From contig JBGUPL010000029.1 in NCBI GenBank assembly GCA_045130275.1, positions 17,452 through 81,451 of the forward strand: DNA of 64,000 nt, given 5' to 3'. The notes beneath the pieces were generated by a model. The model worked only from the letters and a program-made list of their open reading frames with translations. It was not told where the DNA came from and made no database searches. Below, piece by piece: positions 34,789 through 45,532 of this stretch. Both the position numbers and the translations under genes were made by a program. How positions within the stretch are numbered: the stretch's first letter is position 1; every line of letters starts with the position of its first letter. Origin of the DNA: Bacteroidales bacterium. Its GTDB lineage: Bacteria > Bacteroidota > Bacteroidia > Bacteroidales > WCHB1-69.

Positions 34789-36810
34789 ATGTCTAGATTA
34801 TCGCTCATATTGTTCGTGTTATGCATGGCATTCTCCTACGCGGGTTTCGCGCAGGATGATGACCCGTGCGAGCAGACGATGGACAAGAACAGTGAGAAAC
34901 TATACAAAAAGGCTAGGGATTACCACAAATCAGGAAAGAAAGAAGAAGCCTACGAACTTTATGAGGAAATCCTGGCAGACCATCCCGAATATCTGGATGT
35001 GAACTACTATTATGCGCTGGGCTACTATTTGCCTCTCGAGAGTAACCAGTTCATCTCCAAGAGGAGTGACAAGTCGGACGTGACCAAGGCGATGGCCGCC
35101 TTCAACAGGATATATGATGTTTGCCCGTTCTACAAGCCGCAGCATAACCTCTATGCTGCCAAACTTGCCTATTTCAACGAAAATTTTTCAGATGCGGTGA
35201 AATTTGCAGGTGTCGTTGTGGATAACCCAGACCTTTTTTCGAAGCTGAACGATCCGGACAAGGTCATCAACGAGGCAAAAATGATTCTCCGGAAGGCACG
35301 CTTCTTCGACAACATCCTCAACCATCCTGTACCGTTCGATCCGCATCCGGTGCCGAACATCTCGACCTCTTCGGACGAGTATCTCGGCACGCTTTCGCCT
35401 GACGGACAGTATTTTTATTTCACCCGTCGCATGTATGTGGCGGATAACTCCCCGTTCGGGCAAGGCGGCAAGGTGCAACGGGAGTTTTTCAGCTGCAGTG
35501 AGAAAAAAGGCGGGAATTTCGGAAAGGGTGATGCTCTGCCTGAACCGTTCAACAAAGCGGAAGGGGAGGGAAGCCCTACCATCAACCTCACCAACGACCT
35601 GCTGATTTTCGTGCAGCGGCACAATGTGAAGCTACAGAATGCATCCTATCCCAACTACGACCTCTATTTTTCCGAATACGACGGGTATGGTTGGACGGAG
35701 CCGAAACCGCTGCCGGGCAAGATCAACCGCAACGACTCTTGGGAATCGCAGCCTTCGCTCAGCTCCGACGGCAAAGTGCTTTTCTTCGCCAGCGACCGTC
35801 CGGGCGGCTACGGTGGCTCCGACATCTGGTATGCCACCCGCAGGAGCGACGGCTCTTGGAACGATCCCGTCAACATGGGACCGACCATCAACACCGATCG
35901 AAACGAACGCTCCCCGTTCCTGCATACCGACAGCAAGACGCTCTATTTCTCCTCCAACGGTCACGACGGGCTTGGCGGCCAGGACATCTTCTATTCGAAG
36001 ATGGACAGCAAACGGCTGTGGTCAACGCCGGTCAATATCGGGTCTCCTATCAATACTGAGAACGACGAGGTTGATTTCTTCGTCAGCTTGGACGGTAAGA
36101 CAGGCTTCTTCTCCTCCAACAACTATGGCGAAAAGGACTGGAACATCTACCAGTTCGAGCTGTACGAGGAGGCGCGTCCGCACACGATGGTCATCGTGAA
36201 GGGCAAAGTGACCGTGGACGAAGGCGATTTGGAGAACGCGGTGGTCGAGATTCGCGACACCAACGCAAACGTGATTTCCACTGGCATTGTGAGTGCGGCG
36301 CAGGGCAAGTATGCTGTGGCCGCAGAAGTACACCATGACAATCCGCAACCGCTTATCGTGAATGTGAAGAAAGAGGGGTATTCTTTTGACACACAGATTA
36401 TTAAACCTGAGGAAATTAAAGAAGAGATTGTTGAGAAGGATGCGGAGGTGAAAGCTGTGGAGACGGGCAAGGTGTGCGACCTTCGTGACATCTACTATGA
36501 AACCAACGATTTCAGTCTGACGCAGGAATCGAAAATGCTGTTGGCGCTTTTTGTCGAGTTCTTGAAAGAGAATCCGACGGTGAAGGTGGAAATCCAGGGT
36601 CACACTGACAATGTCGGCAGTGACGAAGACAACCTGCGCCTGTCCGAAAACCGCGCCAAATCGGTGTATGACTATGTGATCCAGCAAGGTGTCGGTGCCA
36701 ACCGACTGAGATACAAAGGGTACGGCGAGTCAAAACCTATTGCCACCAACAATACGGAGGAAGGACGTGCCAAAAACCGCAGAACCGTTTTCTTGATTTA
36801 TGAGAAGTAA
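34789..36810 (+). CDS. OmpA family protein with TPR and TolB-like (PD40) beta-propeller repeats
   Basis: Signal peptide MSRLSLILFVLCMAFSYAGFAQ. SPDGQYFYF and SSDGKVLFFASDRPGGYGGSDIW repeats. C-terminal OmpA motif IQGHTDNVGSDEDNLRLSENRA. Confidence 0.85.
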   Translation: MSRLSLILFVLCMAFSYAGFAQDDDPCEQTMDKNSEKLYKKARDYHKSGKKEEAYELYEEILADHPEYLDVNYYYALGYYLPLESNQFISKRSDKSDVTKAMAAFNRIYDVCPFYKPQHNLYAAKLAYFNENFSDAVKFAGVVVDNPDLFSKLNDPDKVINEAKMILRKARFFDNILNHPVPFDPHPVPNISTSSDEYLGTLSPDGQYFYFTRRMYVADNSPFGQGGKVQREFFSCSEKKGGNFGKGDALPEPFNKAEGEGSPTINLTNDLLIFVQRHNVKLQNASYPNYDLYFSEYDGYGWTEPKPLPGKINRNDSWESQPSLSSDGKVLFFASDRPGGYGGSDIWYATRRSDGSWNDPVNMGPTINTDRNERSPFLHTDSKTLYFSSNGHDGLGGQDIFYSKMDSKRLWSTPVNIGSPINTENDEVDFFVSLDGKTGFFSSNNYGEKDWNIYQFELYEEARPHTMVIVKGKVTVDEGDLENAVVEIRDTNANVISTGIVSAAQGKYAVAAEVHHDNPQPLIVNVKKEGYSFDTQIIKPEEIKEEIVEKDAEVKAVETGKVCDLRDIYYETNDFSLTQESKMLLALFVEFLKENPTVKVEIQGHTDNVGSDEDNLRLSENRAKSVYDYVIQQGVGANRLRYKGYGESKPIATNNTEEGRAKNRRTVFLIYEK

Positions 36811-38128
36811 ACACATCTATTTTTTGGGGATCGGGGGCATCGGGATGAGTGCGCTGGCGCAATATTACCTCCAGCGCGGCGATGCCGTTTACGGCTACGA
36901 CCTGACCCCATCGCCAGTGACGGAAATGTTGCTGCGCAAAGGTGCGGACATCCACTTCGATGGAGATATTGCGAAAATCCCCTCTGAAGTGGATTTTGTG
37001 GTTTATACCCCCGCTGTTCCCAAAGATTTTGTTGAATATCAGTATTTTGTAGATAAAGGAGTTCCAATGTACAAACGTTCGCAAGTGTTGGGACATGTCA
37101 CGGATGAGCTGAAGACACTGGCGGTGGCCGGCACGCACGGCAAGACCACCACCACTTCGATGATTGCGCATCTGCTCTATCCCGAGCAGCCGATCGTCGC
37201 TTTCATCGGGGGCATCTCCAAAAATCTGAACGACAATTACATCTGCTCAGCGAATCCGGACACAGCTGTGGTAGAGGCTGACGAGTTCGATCGTTCCTTC
37301 CTGACCTTGCATCCGGAAGTCTCCGTCATCACCTCCATGGATGCCGATCATCTGGACATTTACCGCGATGTGGAAGACTTGCGTGACGCGTTCGGGCAGT
37401 TTGCATCGCAGACCCGCTGTGCTGTCATCGTGGAAGAAGCCGTTGCGCAGTATGTCAAACATCCCGGGAAACGGATCTATGGTATTGATTCACGCAGCGA
37501 TTATTATGCGTATAATATTGATTACCAGCAAGAATTTTCCTGTTTTTGTTTGCATACGCCCGTTGGAGAAATCCAAAGCCTGACGTTACCGGCACATGGA
37601 CTTTATAACATATTGAATGCCACAGCTGCCATCGCGGCTGTGCTGGAGGCTTTTCCGAATATGAACGAGGATGTCATTCGACAGAAAATCAGTTCGTTCG
37701 CAGGCGTGAAGCGCCGGTTCGACTATATTGTGAGGCGGCCTGATTTCGTCTATATTGACGACTATGCGCATCATCCGAACGAGATGCGGTCGTTCATCAC
37801 GGCGGTGCGGAAGATATATCCCGACAAGTGCATCTGTGGGGTTTTCCAGCCTCATCTTTACACCCGCACCCGCGATTTCGCTGACGGGTTCGCTGAGGTG
37901 CTCGGACTGCTCGACAGGGTTGTCCTGCTGCCCATTTACCCGGCACGGGAGAAACCCATTGAGGGGGTCACCTCCGAGTTCCTGCTTGGAAAAGTCGATG
38001 TGCAAGACAAACGGGTCCTGCAGAAGTCTGAATTGCTCACCTATCTCCAACAACATCGTCCCGATGTGTTGCTCACCATCGGTGCCGGCGACATCGACCG
38101 GCTGGTCCCTGAATTAGGAACGCTTTAG
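36800..38128 (+). CDS. murC: UDP-N-acetylmuramate--L-alanine ligase
   Basis: YFLGIGGIGMSALA and VAGTHGKTTTTSM motifs. 11-nt overlap with the upstream gene. Confidence 0.95.
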   Translation: MRSKHIYFLGIGGIGMSALAQYYLQRGDAVYGYDLTPSPVTEMLLRKGADIHFDGDIAKIPSEVDFVVYTPAVPKDFVEYQYFVDKGVPMYKRSQVLGHVTDELKTLAVAGTHGKTTTTSMIAHLLYPEQPIVAFIGGISKNLNDNYICSANPDTAVVEADEFDRSFLTLHPEVSVITSMDADHLDIYRDVEDLRDAFGQFASQTRCAVIVEEAVAQYVKHPGKRIYGIDSRSDYYAYNIDYQQEFSCFCLHTPVGEIQSLTLPAHGLYNILNATAAIAAVLEAFPNMNEDVIRQKISSFAGVKRRFDYIVRRPDFVYIDDYAHHPNEMRSFITAVRKIYPDKCICGVFQPHLYTRTRDFADGFAEVLGLLDRVVLLPIYPAREKPIEGVTSEFLLGKVDVQDKRVLQKSELLTYLQQHRPDVLLTIGAGDIDRLVPELGTL

Positions 38129-38204
38129 TCATGCTTTTTTTACACACAGAAATATAACCCTCTAACCCATTAACCTTCTAACCTTTTAACCTTATTACCA
38201 AAAA

Positions 38205-38405
38205 ATGGCACACAAAAAATTGTATAGAACCCGAGATGATGCCAAAATCGCCGGAGTCTGTGGCGGTCTGGCAGAGTATCTTGACGTTGATCCCACCGTG
38301 GTGCGGATTGTTTTCCTGTTGCTTTTGCTGACTGGTTCGCTGGGCTTTTGGATATACCTGGTCATCTGGATTGTCGCCCCATGGGATTATTTAAGAGAAC
38401 AATGA
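38205..38405 (+). CDS. PspC domain-containing small membrane protein
   Basis: LYRTRDDAKIAGVCGGLAEYLDVDPTVVRIVF is the PspC signature. Confidence 0.75.
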   Translation: MAHKKLYRTRDDAKIAGVCGGLAEYLDVDPTVVRIVFLLLLLTGSLGFWIYLVIWIVAPWDYLREQ

Positions 38406-40693
38406 GAAGAATATTGCTTTTTTGCCTGCTGCTGATGACGGCAGGGTGGGGCGTTGCCCAATCGTTGACTGGGAAAGTGTTGCAGGTCAATGAAAACGGA
38501 GACACGACGGCCGTGGTCTATGCTTCGGTGCAGTGGTTGCGGACATCCATCGGCGCACATACAGATGCTGATGGCAAATTCACCATCCCTCGCACCAAAA
38601 CGGACTCGCTGGTCATCTCGTTTCCTACCTTCCTGCCGGATACGATGGTGATTCCGCGCGGACAGAACTACATTACCGTGTTTCTGAATACGGCACATAA
38701 CCTCAATGAGGTGAGCATTGTCGCCCGCGATGGTTCCTATATTTCCGTGCAACCCATTTACACCCAAATAATTGGAACGGAAGGACTGCGCCGTGCCGCC
38801 TGCTGCAACTTGGCTGAAAGCTTTGAGAGCAGCGTGGCCATCGACTCGGAATTTCCCGACGCGGTGAGCGGTGCGAGACAGATTTCCATGCTCGGGCTCG
38901 CCGGCACTTACAGCCAAATTCTGTTGGAAAATGTGCCCTATATCCGCCTTTTGTCGCACCAGTTCGGACTCGGCTTCATCCCCGGCTCTTGGATGGAGTC
39001 CATCAGCCTCTCGAAAGGAACCTCTTCGGTGGTGAACGGTTTCGAGGCCATCACGGGACAGATCAACATCGACTATAAAAAACCGGAAAGCAATCTGGAG
39101 AAATTCTTCATGAATTTCTACGCTAATTCTATGGGAAAAGGCGAGCTGGCCATGAACACCCGCATTCCCGTAGGCAAGAAAGAGAAAGTGAGCACTAACT
39201 TCCTTGTATTTCTGGCTGATCAGTTCTTGAAGATGGATATGAACAAGGACGGCTTCATGGACGCACCGCGCAGCCGCCAGGTCAACGTGATGAACCGCTG
39301 GGACTACAAGGCACCCGTAGTAGAAGGTCGCACGATGGTGGATTTCGTGTGGGACAACCGTTTCGGCGGGCAGATGGGCTTCACACCCAACAGCTTTGAA
39401 TATCGCTATAGTGATCCGTACGGTTTCATCTCCGACAACAAACGTTTGGATGTCATCACCAAGAATGGTTTCCTGTTGAAGGGCGAGCACGAGAGTATCG
39501 GCACCATCCTCTCCTTTACAGGACATTGGCTGGATTCACGTTACGGCAATGGCGCTCTTTATAACGGGGATCAATATAGTATTTATGCTAATGTAATGTA
39601 TTCCAACAAATTAGGCGCAAGTGAGCGACACAAATTGACGGCGGGTGCCAGTTTACAGTATGATTGTTTGAATGAACTCTACGACTCCGGTGGGGATTTG
39701 TATTATTATTTCAGACCGCATCACCACGATCTGATACCCGGTGTCTTTGCCGAATATGCATACGTTATAGACCCGAAGTTGGTGTTGATGGGCGGTATGC
39801 GTTTGGATTACAATATGGTACGTGACAAACAGAATTCTTCATTGTGGTCGAGTGTCAACCAGCTCTTTTGGACACCGCGAGTGCATGTCAAGTGGCAGGC
39901 CACCAAAGACTTGTCGTTACGCGCATCTGCTGGCAAGGGCTACCGCAACGCCCATTTCTTCGCTGAGAACCAGTCGCTGATGATATCCTCCCGCACGCTC
40001 CATTTCGACGGGCAAGACAAACCCGAAGAGGCTTGGAACGCCGGCGCCAGTGCCGTTTGGCAGTTCAACATGCCGGGCGGAAAAGCCTCTCTGGCCGTCG
40101 ATTACTTCTACACCTACTTCGTGCAGCAGATGATCGTGGATTTGGATCAGGACGTCCACGCGGTGCATTACTACGCCTTGAACGGCGAATACAACGGCTA
40201 TCACAACCGCTCGCGCTCACATTCCGCGCAGATCGAATTGACCCTCAAACCGTTACAGCGATTCGAAATCCTGCTGGCTTACCGCTACAACGACGTGCGC
40301 TATATGCGCAACGGGGTGATGCGCCAGAAGGATATGATGAGCCCCCACAAAGCGCTCGTCAACCTCAATTACAGCACACCGTACGATAAGTGGAAGTTCA
40401 ACCTCAACTTCCAGATTTACGGACCGATGCCGCTGCCCAACACGCAGAGCAACCCCGAGCCGTACCGCCGTCCCGAAGTCTCGAAACCCTATTGCCTGTT
40501 TAATGCGCAGATCACCAAGAAGTTCCGCAAGTGGGAGATTTACGCAGGCGGCGAGAACCTCCTCAACGTCAAGCAGAAAGACCCGATTGTGCAGGCGGAG
40601 AACCCCTTCGGCGAATATTTCGACGCCACGATGGTCTATAAGCCGATTACCGGCATCATGGGGTACGTTGGCGTGCGGGTTATTTTGAAATAG
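38402..40693 (+). CDS. TonB-dependent receptor with N-terminal carboxypeptidase-regulatory-like domain
   Basis: Signal peptide MRRILLFCLLLMTAGWGVAQ. ATGA overlap with the pspC-like gene. Plug and barrel motifs. Confidence 0.85.
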   Translation: MRRILLFCLLLMTAGWGVAQSLTGKVLQVNENGDTTAVVYASVQWLRTSIGAHTDADGKFTIPRTKTDSLVISFPTFLPDTMVIPRGQNYITVFLNTAHNLNEVSIVARDGSYISVQPIYTQIIGTEGLRRAACCNLAESFESSVAIDSEFPDAVSGARQISMLGLAGTYSQILLENVPYIRLLSHQFGLGFIPGSWMESISLSKGTSSVVNGFEAITGQINIDYKKPESNLEKFFMNFYANSMGKGELAMNTRIPVGKKEKVSTNFLVFLADQFLKMDMNKDGFMDAPRSRQVNVMNRWDYKAPVVEGRTMVDFVWDNRFGGQMGFTPNSFEYRYSDPYGFISDNKRLDVITKNGFLLKGEHESIGTILSFTGHWLDSRYGNGALYNGDQYSIYANVMYSNKLGASERHKLTAGASLQYDCLNELYDSGGDLYYYFRPHHHDLIPGVFAEYAYVIDPKLVLMGGMRLDYNMVRDKQNSSLWSSVNQLFWTPRVHVKWQATKDLSLRASAGKGYRNAHFFAENQSLMISSRTLHFDGQDKPEEAWNAGASAVWQFNMPGGKASLAVDYFYTYFVQQMIVDLDQDVHAVHYYALNGEYNGYHNRSRSHSAQIELTLKPLQRFEILLAYRYNDVRYMRNGVMRQKDMMSPHKALVNLNYSTPYDKWKFNLNFQIYGPMPLPNTQSNPEPYRRPEVSKPYCLFNAQITKKFRKWEIYAGGENLLNVKQKDPIVQAENPFGEYFDATMVYKPITGIMGYVGVRVILK

Positions 40694-40989
40694 TTAGCAG
40701 TTAGTAGTTAGCAGTAGGGCTGCCCGGTGTAGTAGGACTGCCGCACTGCGACAGATTTATAGATATGTGTTCATTTTTTTGACGGAGGTGTTCAATTTCT
40801 ATACACTTCTTATAGTGTATTAGTCTTAAATCGATTGATTTATAATGTGTTATGAAATTGGCACGCTTTTGGTTTCTCTCGTCATTAGTAGAAAATGTAG
40901 TAAATCGACCTTGAAGGTTGTCTAACGTAATAAAAATGTATTTTTGCAATTTATAATTAAATAATCAAACCAACTAAAATAGTGAGATT

Positions 40990-43455
40990 ATGACACAGCT
41001 TGGAAATGTCGCAACGAAGTCTTTCTTTATCTCGTTTTTAATCTTAGTTTGCTCGTTTACAGTGTTTTCCCAGAACACAGTCTCGGGCACGTTGCAGGAT
41101 GCGAATTCCGGCAATCCGGTGCAGTACGCCAATGTGAGTCTGTTGCGGCAGTCAGACAGCGTGCTCGTGAGCCACACTTTTGCCAACGACAAAGGTGTCT
41201 TCGAGTTGCAGATGGTGCCCAACGGCAATTATCGTATGGTTGTCTATTTTGTTGGTTATGAGACTTTTGAACAAAATCTTAGCGTAACTAAAAATATGGA
41301 TTTGGGTACCCTGAAGATTACGCCGGGCACCATGACCATCGGCGAGGTGACGGTGAAGGGTGAGCGGCCTCTCTTTGCTGTGGATGGGGAGAAAACCTAC
41401 TACAACACGGCCGAGGATCCATCTGTCCAGACCGGTACCGCCTCCGACGTGCTGCAGAACGCGCCGGGAGTCTCCGTTGATGTGGAGGGTAACGTCACCC
41501 TGCGCGGCACTTCCAGCGTGGAGATCTGGATCAACGACAAACCTTCGCACATGAATGCCGAGAACCTCAAGACCTACCTCCAGCAAATGCCCGCCAACAG
41601 CATCGATCACGTGGAGGTCATCACCAACCCGTCGGCGCGTTACGGTTCCAAAGCCGACGGCATCATCAACATCGTGACCACCACCAAGGTGATGAGGAAC
41701 CAATTCATCAGTTTCGGCGCCAACGCCTCCATCAAACCTTATGCAAGTCCTTGGATTTCATACGTTTGGAGCAACGAGAAACTCTCCATCAACCTATACA
41801 GCAACTTCTCCTATTCGATGGATCGATACCGGAATATGTCTGACATCACCATTTTCCAACCCGGACTGGAAGGCCGTGACACCGTGAGTTTCGAGAAGGA
41901 CTCCACCTATTCCAAAGGCCACAATTTCGGAGGCGGACTCCATTTCAACCTTGATTATGAGATTGACAGCATGAACACTATTTCGTTGTGGAGCGGTTTT
42001 TGGCCGAATATGCGCAACTTCAACGGCTATTCCGAGACCAATCGTGAAATGTTCATAGACAATTCCCTGACTCATTACAAAACGTCATCGCCCAGCAGAA
42101 GTAAAAGCCATTGGGCGGGTTTCGGGTTCTATTACCAGCACAATTTCGACCGAAATGGACACAACCTCTCCTTGGATGTCAATGGAAGTAGCTGGGGATG
42201 GGGAAATGTTGGCAAAACCGAAAAAATCTTCCTCTCGCCAGTCGAATACACACGGTCGATGGACGAAACAAACCGCAGTGGCTCTTTTGATGCAAACGCC
42301 GAATTGACCTACAACCGTCCGTACTCCGAAAAGGGTGAGATTTCAGTCGGTTATTACGGAGGGTTCACGCTCTCGCACGAGCTCGACCATTTGGACACAC
42401 TGAACGAAGGGGTTTGGGTGAGAGATGAGATGCGCAGCTACAAGAGCCGGTCTCCGGAAATCGAGAACCAGGTGTTCTTCACTTTGCAGCATAAATTCGG
42501 CAATTTCACGATCAAGCCCGGCGTGCGGTTCGAGCACACCTACACCACTATCCTGTATCCCGAAATCGTGCCTGACACCTTTGCCGTGCGGCGGCACTTC
42601 TTCCACGTGCGCCCGTCATTGCACCTGTCGTACCGCACCAAGTCGATGCACAACTTCCGACTCAGCTACACCTTCCGCAGCAGCAATCCCAGTGCCGAGC
42701 AGCTCACCCGCTTTGTCTCCTACGAAGAAGAGAGTTTCTACAGCGGCAATCCCGACCTGAACTCCATTCTAACGCATTCTGTAGAAGCAGGTTGGCAGAA
42801 GTATTGGGCGAAGTACGGCTCTTTAGGCGTCACGCTCTACTATCGTGCCAAAACCCGGGACATCGAACAGATCACGGTGCCCGCCTACCACGACCTTTAC
42901 GGCCGCCTGGTTTCTTTCGGTTATCCCGTAAACGTGGGCAAGGCGATGAACACAGGCTTGGAAGTCAACACCATGTACCGCCCGAACGCCATGTTCAACA
43001 TACGCCTCTATGCCAACGTCTATCATCGTTATATAGAAACAATGTATGACAACGAGCTCTACAAGCAACAGATGTGGTCTTACAGTTTCAATATGAGTTT
43101 ATGGGCTAAGTTGTGGAAACGCTTGGAAATCAATGTTTCCGGTTATTACGGTTCGCCTTCTATTTCCCTCTTCAGCAGCACTCACGCCCATTACAGCATC
43201 AACGCCGGTCTGCGTTGCGACTTCTTCGACAAGAAACTCTCCATCTATCTGAATGCCAACGATATCTTCAACTGGAACAGTTGGGGGTACGACAACGACA
43301 GCCCTTACTACGTGTCGCACGGCACTTTCAAGTACAATTCCCGCACAGTTGCGTTGGGCTTCACCCTGCGTTTCGGCAAGATGGAGTTAGAGAACCAGGC
43401 ACGCCAAGGCGCGGCCAGCGAAAGCAGCGGACAAGGTGGCCAAGGAGGTATGTAA
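40990..43455 (+). CDS. outer-membrane beta-barrel family protein (TonB-dependent-receptor-like, CarboxypepD_reg N-domain)
   Basis: 821 aa. TVSGTLQDANSGNPVQYANVSL N-domain, plug-like VEVITNPSARYGS, and a Gly/Gln-rich tail. Confidence 0.8.
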   Translation: MTQLGNVATKSFFISFLILVCSFTVFSQNTVSGTLQDANSGNPVQYANVSLLRQSDSVLVSHTFANDKGVFELQMVPNGNYRMVVYFVGYETFEQNLSVTKNMDLGTLKITPGTMTIGEVTVKGERPLFAVDGEKTYYNTAEDPSVQTGTASDVLQNAPGVSVDVEGNVTLRGTSSVEIWINDKPSHMNAENLKTYLQQMPANSIDHVEVITNPSARYGSKADGIINIVTTTKVMRNQFISFGANASIKPYASPWISYVWSNEKLSINLYSNFSYSMDRYRNMSDITIFQPGLEGRDTVSFEKDSTYSKGHNFGGGLHFNLDYEIDSMNTISLWSGFWPNMRNFNGYSETNREMFIDNSLTHYKTSSPSRSKSHWAGFGFYYQHNFDRNGHNLSLDVNGSSWGWGNVGKTEKIFLSPVEYTRSMDETNRSGSFDANAELTYNRPYSEKGEISVGYYGGFTLSHELDHLDTLNEGVWVRDEMRSYKSRSPEIENQVFFTLQHKFGNFTIKPGVRFEHTYTTILYPEIVPDTFAVRRHFFHVRPSLHLSYRTKSMHNFRLSYTFRSSNPSAEQLTRFVSYEEESFYSGNPDLNSILTHSVEAGWQKYWAKYGSLGVTLYYRAKTRDIEQITVPAYHDLYGRLVSFGYPVNVGKAMNTGLEVNTMYRPNAMFNIRLYANVYHRYIETMYDNELYKQQMWSYSFNMSLWAKLWKRLEINVSGYYGSPSISLFSSTHAHYSINAGLRCDFFDKKLSIYLNANDIFNWNSWGYDNDSPYYVSHGTFKYNSRTVALGFTLRFGKMELENQARQGAASESSGQGGQGGM

Positions 43456-43484
43456 TTAAGTGTGAATGACGCAGGTATGCGTTA

Positions 43485-44660
43485 TCAGTGGAGTATTTTG
43501 CATTTGGTCTCCTGATCCAGTGCCAGATAATCGTCAATGGATTTCGGCTTTGCTGCAGGTGCGGAAGACAAAGCTGTTTCGATGATTCTTGGAATATCGG
43601 TGAATTTGATTTTTCCGTCCATAAACATTCGTACGGCAGCTTCATTGGCGGCGTTCATCACGCAGGGCATGCCGCCGCCGGCAGCTGATGCCTTGTATGC
43701 CATATTTAAGCACGGAAATACCTCCCTGTCAGGCTTCTCGAATGTTAGGGTGGCATATCTTGCGAAGTCAAGTCTTTCGTATGGCAGCGGAAGTCTGAGC
43801 GGGTAGGTGAGGGCGTATTGGATGGGCAGCCGCATGTCGGGGACACCGAGTTGCGCTTTCACCGATCCGTCTTCGAACTGCACCATGGAGTGGATGACCG
43901 ACTGCGGATGCACCAGCACGTCGATTTTCTCCAACGGCATGTTGAACAACCATTTGGCCTCGATGACCTCCAATCCTTTGTTCATCAGCGATGCGCTGTC
44001 GATGGTCACTTTCGGGCCCATGCTCCAGTTGGGATGCTTGAGGGCATTCTGCAGGGTGACCGTTTCCAGTTGCTCTTTGGTATATCCACGGAATGCGCCG
44101 CCGGAAGCGGTAATGATGAGTTTTTCCACGGGGTTGAAGTGTTCGCCCGCGAGGCATTGGAAAATCGCCGAGTGCTCTGAATCCACAGGCAACACGGGGG
44201 CATTATGCTCCTTCGCGGTGCGCATGATGAGCTCGCCCGCCACTACGAGGGTCTCCTTGTTCGCAATGGCCAAAGGTGTGCCGCACGACACGGTGCGGAA
44301 AGCCGGCTTGAGTCCCGCGATGCCCACGATGCACGACAGCACCATATCGACGCAGTCCATTTCGCACACGTCGCACAAGGATTCCTCGCCGCAGAAGACT
44401 TTCACGTCCTCGTCGGCAAGCGCCTCTTTCACCTTGCGGTAAGCCTCTTCCTGCACCACTACCACGATGTTGGGGCGGTACTTCTTCGCTTGCTCGATGA
44501 GCAGATCCGCACTGGAATTGGCTGCGATGATTTCCAGCTGTAACAACTCGGGATGGAGCGCGATGACCTCCAACGCCTGCGTGCCCATTGAGCCCGTCGA
44601 GCCGAGGACGGCGATGCGACGGGGGTGGTTTTCTGCTTGCTTGTATGTTTCTGTGTTCAT
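43485..44660 (-). CDS. dxr: 1-deoxy-D-xylulose-5-phosphate reductoisomerase
   Basis: IAVLGSTGSMGTQAL, PVDSEHSAIFQC and NKGLEVIEA motifs. Confidence 0.95.
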   Translation of the reverse strand: MNTETYKQAENHPRRIAVLGSTGSMGTQALEVIALHPELLQLEIIAANSSADLLIEQAKKYRPNIVVVVQEEAYRKVKEALADEDVKVFCGEESLCDVCEMDCVDMVLSCIVGIAGLKPAFRTVSCGTPLAIANKETLVVAGELIMRTAKEHNAPVLPVDSEHSAIFQCLAGEHFNPVEKLIITASGGAFRGYTKEQLETVTLQNALKHPNWSMGPKVTIDSASLMNKGLEVIEAKWLFNMPLEKIDVLVHPQSVIHSMVQFEDGSVKAQLGVPDMRLPIQYALTYPLRLPLPYERLDFARYATLTFEKPDREVFPCLNMAYKASAAGGGMPCVMNAANEAAVRMFMDGKIKFTDIPRIIETALSSAPAAKPKSIDDYLALDQETKCKILH

Positions 44661-44804
44661 ATAACTAACTATGACTAATGACTTAAACTTAGACTTTGGC
44701 TATTAGCTATTGGCTGTTGGCTGATGGATAGTAGCCATTTGTACGTAATTATTCCCTAATTACAAGTCCTAAACTCCAAAGTCTCAAGTCTCAAGTCTCG
44801 AGTC

Positions 44805-45383
44805 CTATAAAGATTCCACCACCTTGCAGATGTCGGCGAACACGTGCTCGATATCCTGCATGCCGTTGATTTCCACCAGCTTGCCTTGTTTCTGGTAGTA
44901 TTCCACGAGCGGCATGGTCTGGGCGAAGAAGTTTTCCACGCGGGCCTTGACGGTGGCGGGGGTGTCGTCGGCGCGTTGCTCGATTTCGGCGCGTTTGAGA
45001 ATGCGTTTCTGCACCTCTTCCATTTCCACCTTCAGGTAGATGACTTTGGTGATGTCGAGGTTGTTGAAGAAGCTCTTGTCGTCGAGCATCTCGGCCTGTT
45101 TGATGGTGCGCGGTACGCCGTCGAAGATAAAGCCCTTGGCGTCAGCGTGTTTCTCGATATGATTGCGCAACATGCCGAGGGTGATGTCATCGGGACAAAG
45201 GTCGCCGCGGTTGATGATTTCCTGCGCCTTCAAGCCCAGCGGGGTCTTGTGGGAGATCTCATAACGGAACAGGTCACCGGTGGAAACGTGTTCAAGTTGG
45301 AATTTCTCGGCCATCTGTTTGGCCTGGGTGCCTTTCCCGCTGCCGGGGGCACCGAACATGACGAGGGTGATTTGGTTGCTCAT
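44805..45383 (-). CDS. adk: adenylate kinase
   Basis: GAPGSGKGTQA P-loop and FDGVPRT motifs. Confidence 0.95.
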   Translation of the reverse strand: MSNQITLVMFGAPGSGKGTQAKQMAEKFQLEHVSTGDLFRYEISHKTPLGLKAQEIINRGDLCPDDITLGMLRNHIEKHADAKGFIFDGVPRTIKQAEMLDDKSFFNNLDITKVIYLKVEMEEVQKRILKRAEIEQRADDTPATVKARVENFFAQTMPLVEYYQKQGKLVEINGMQDIEHVFADICKVVESL

Positions 45384-45532
45384 ATTGTGATAATTAAGAA
45401 TTCAGAATTAAAAATTAAGAATGAAGAATAGTGATTCGTGAGCAGTGAATAGTGAATTGTCATTAGTCTAAGTCTATGTCATTAGTTTAAGTCACTTATA
45501 AAAGCTAAAAGCCAATAGCTAATAGCCAAAAA

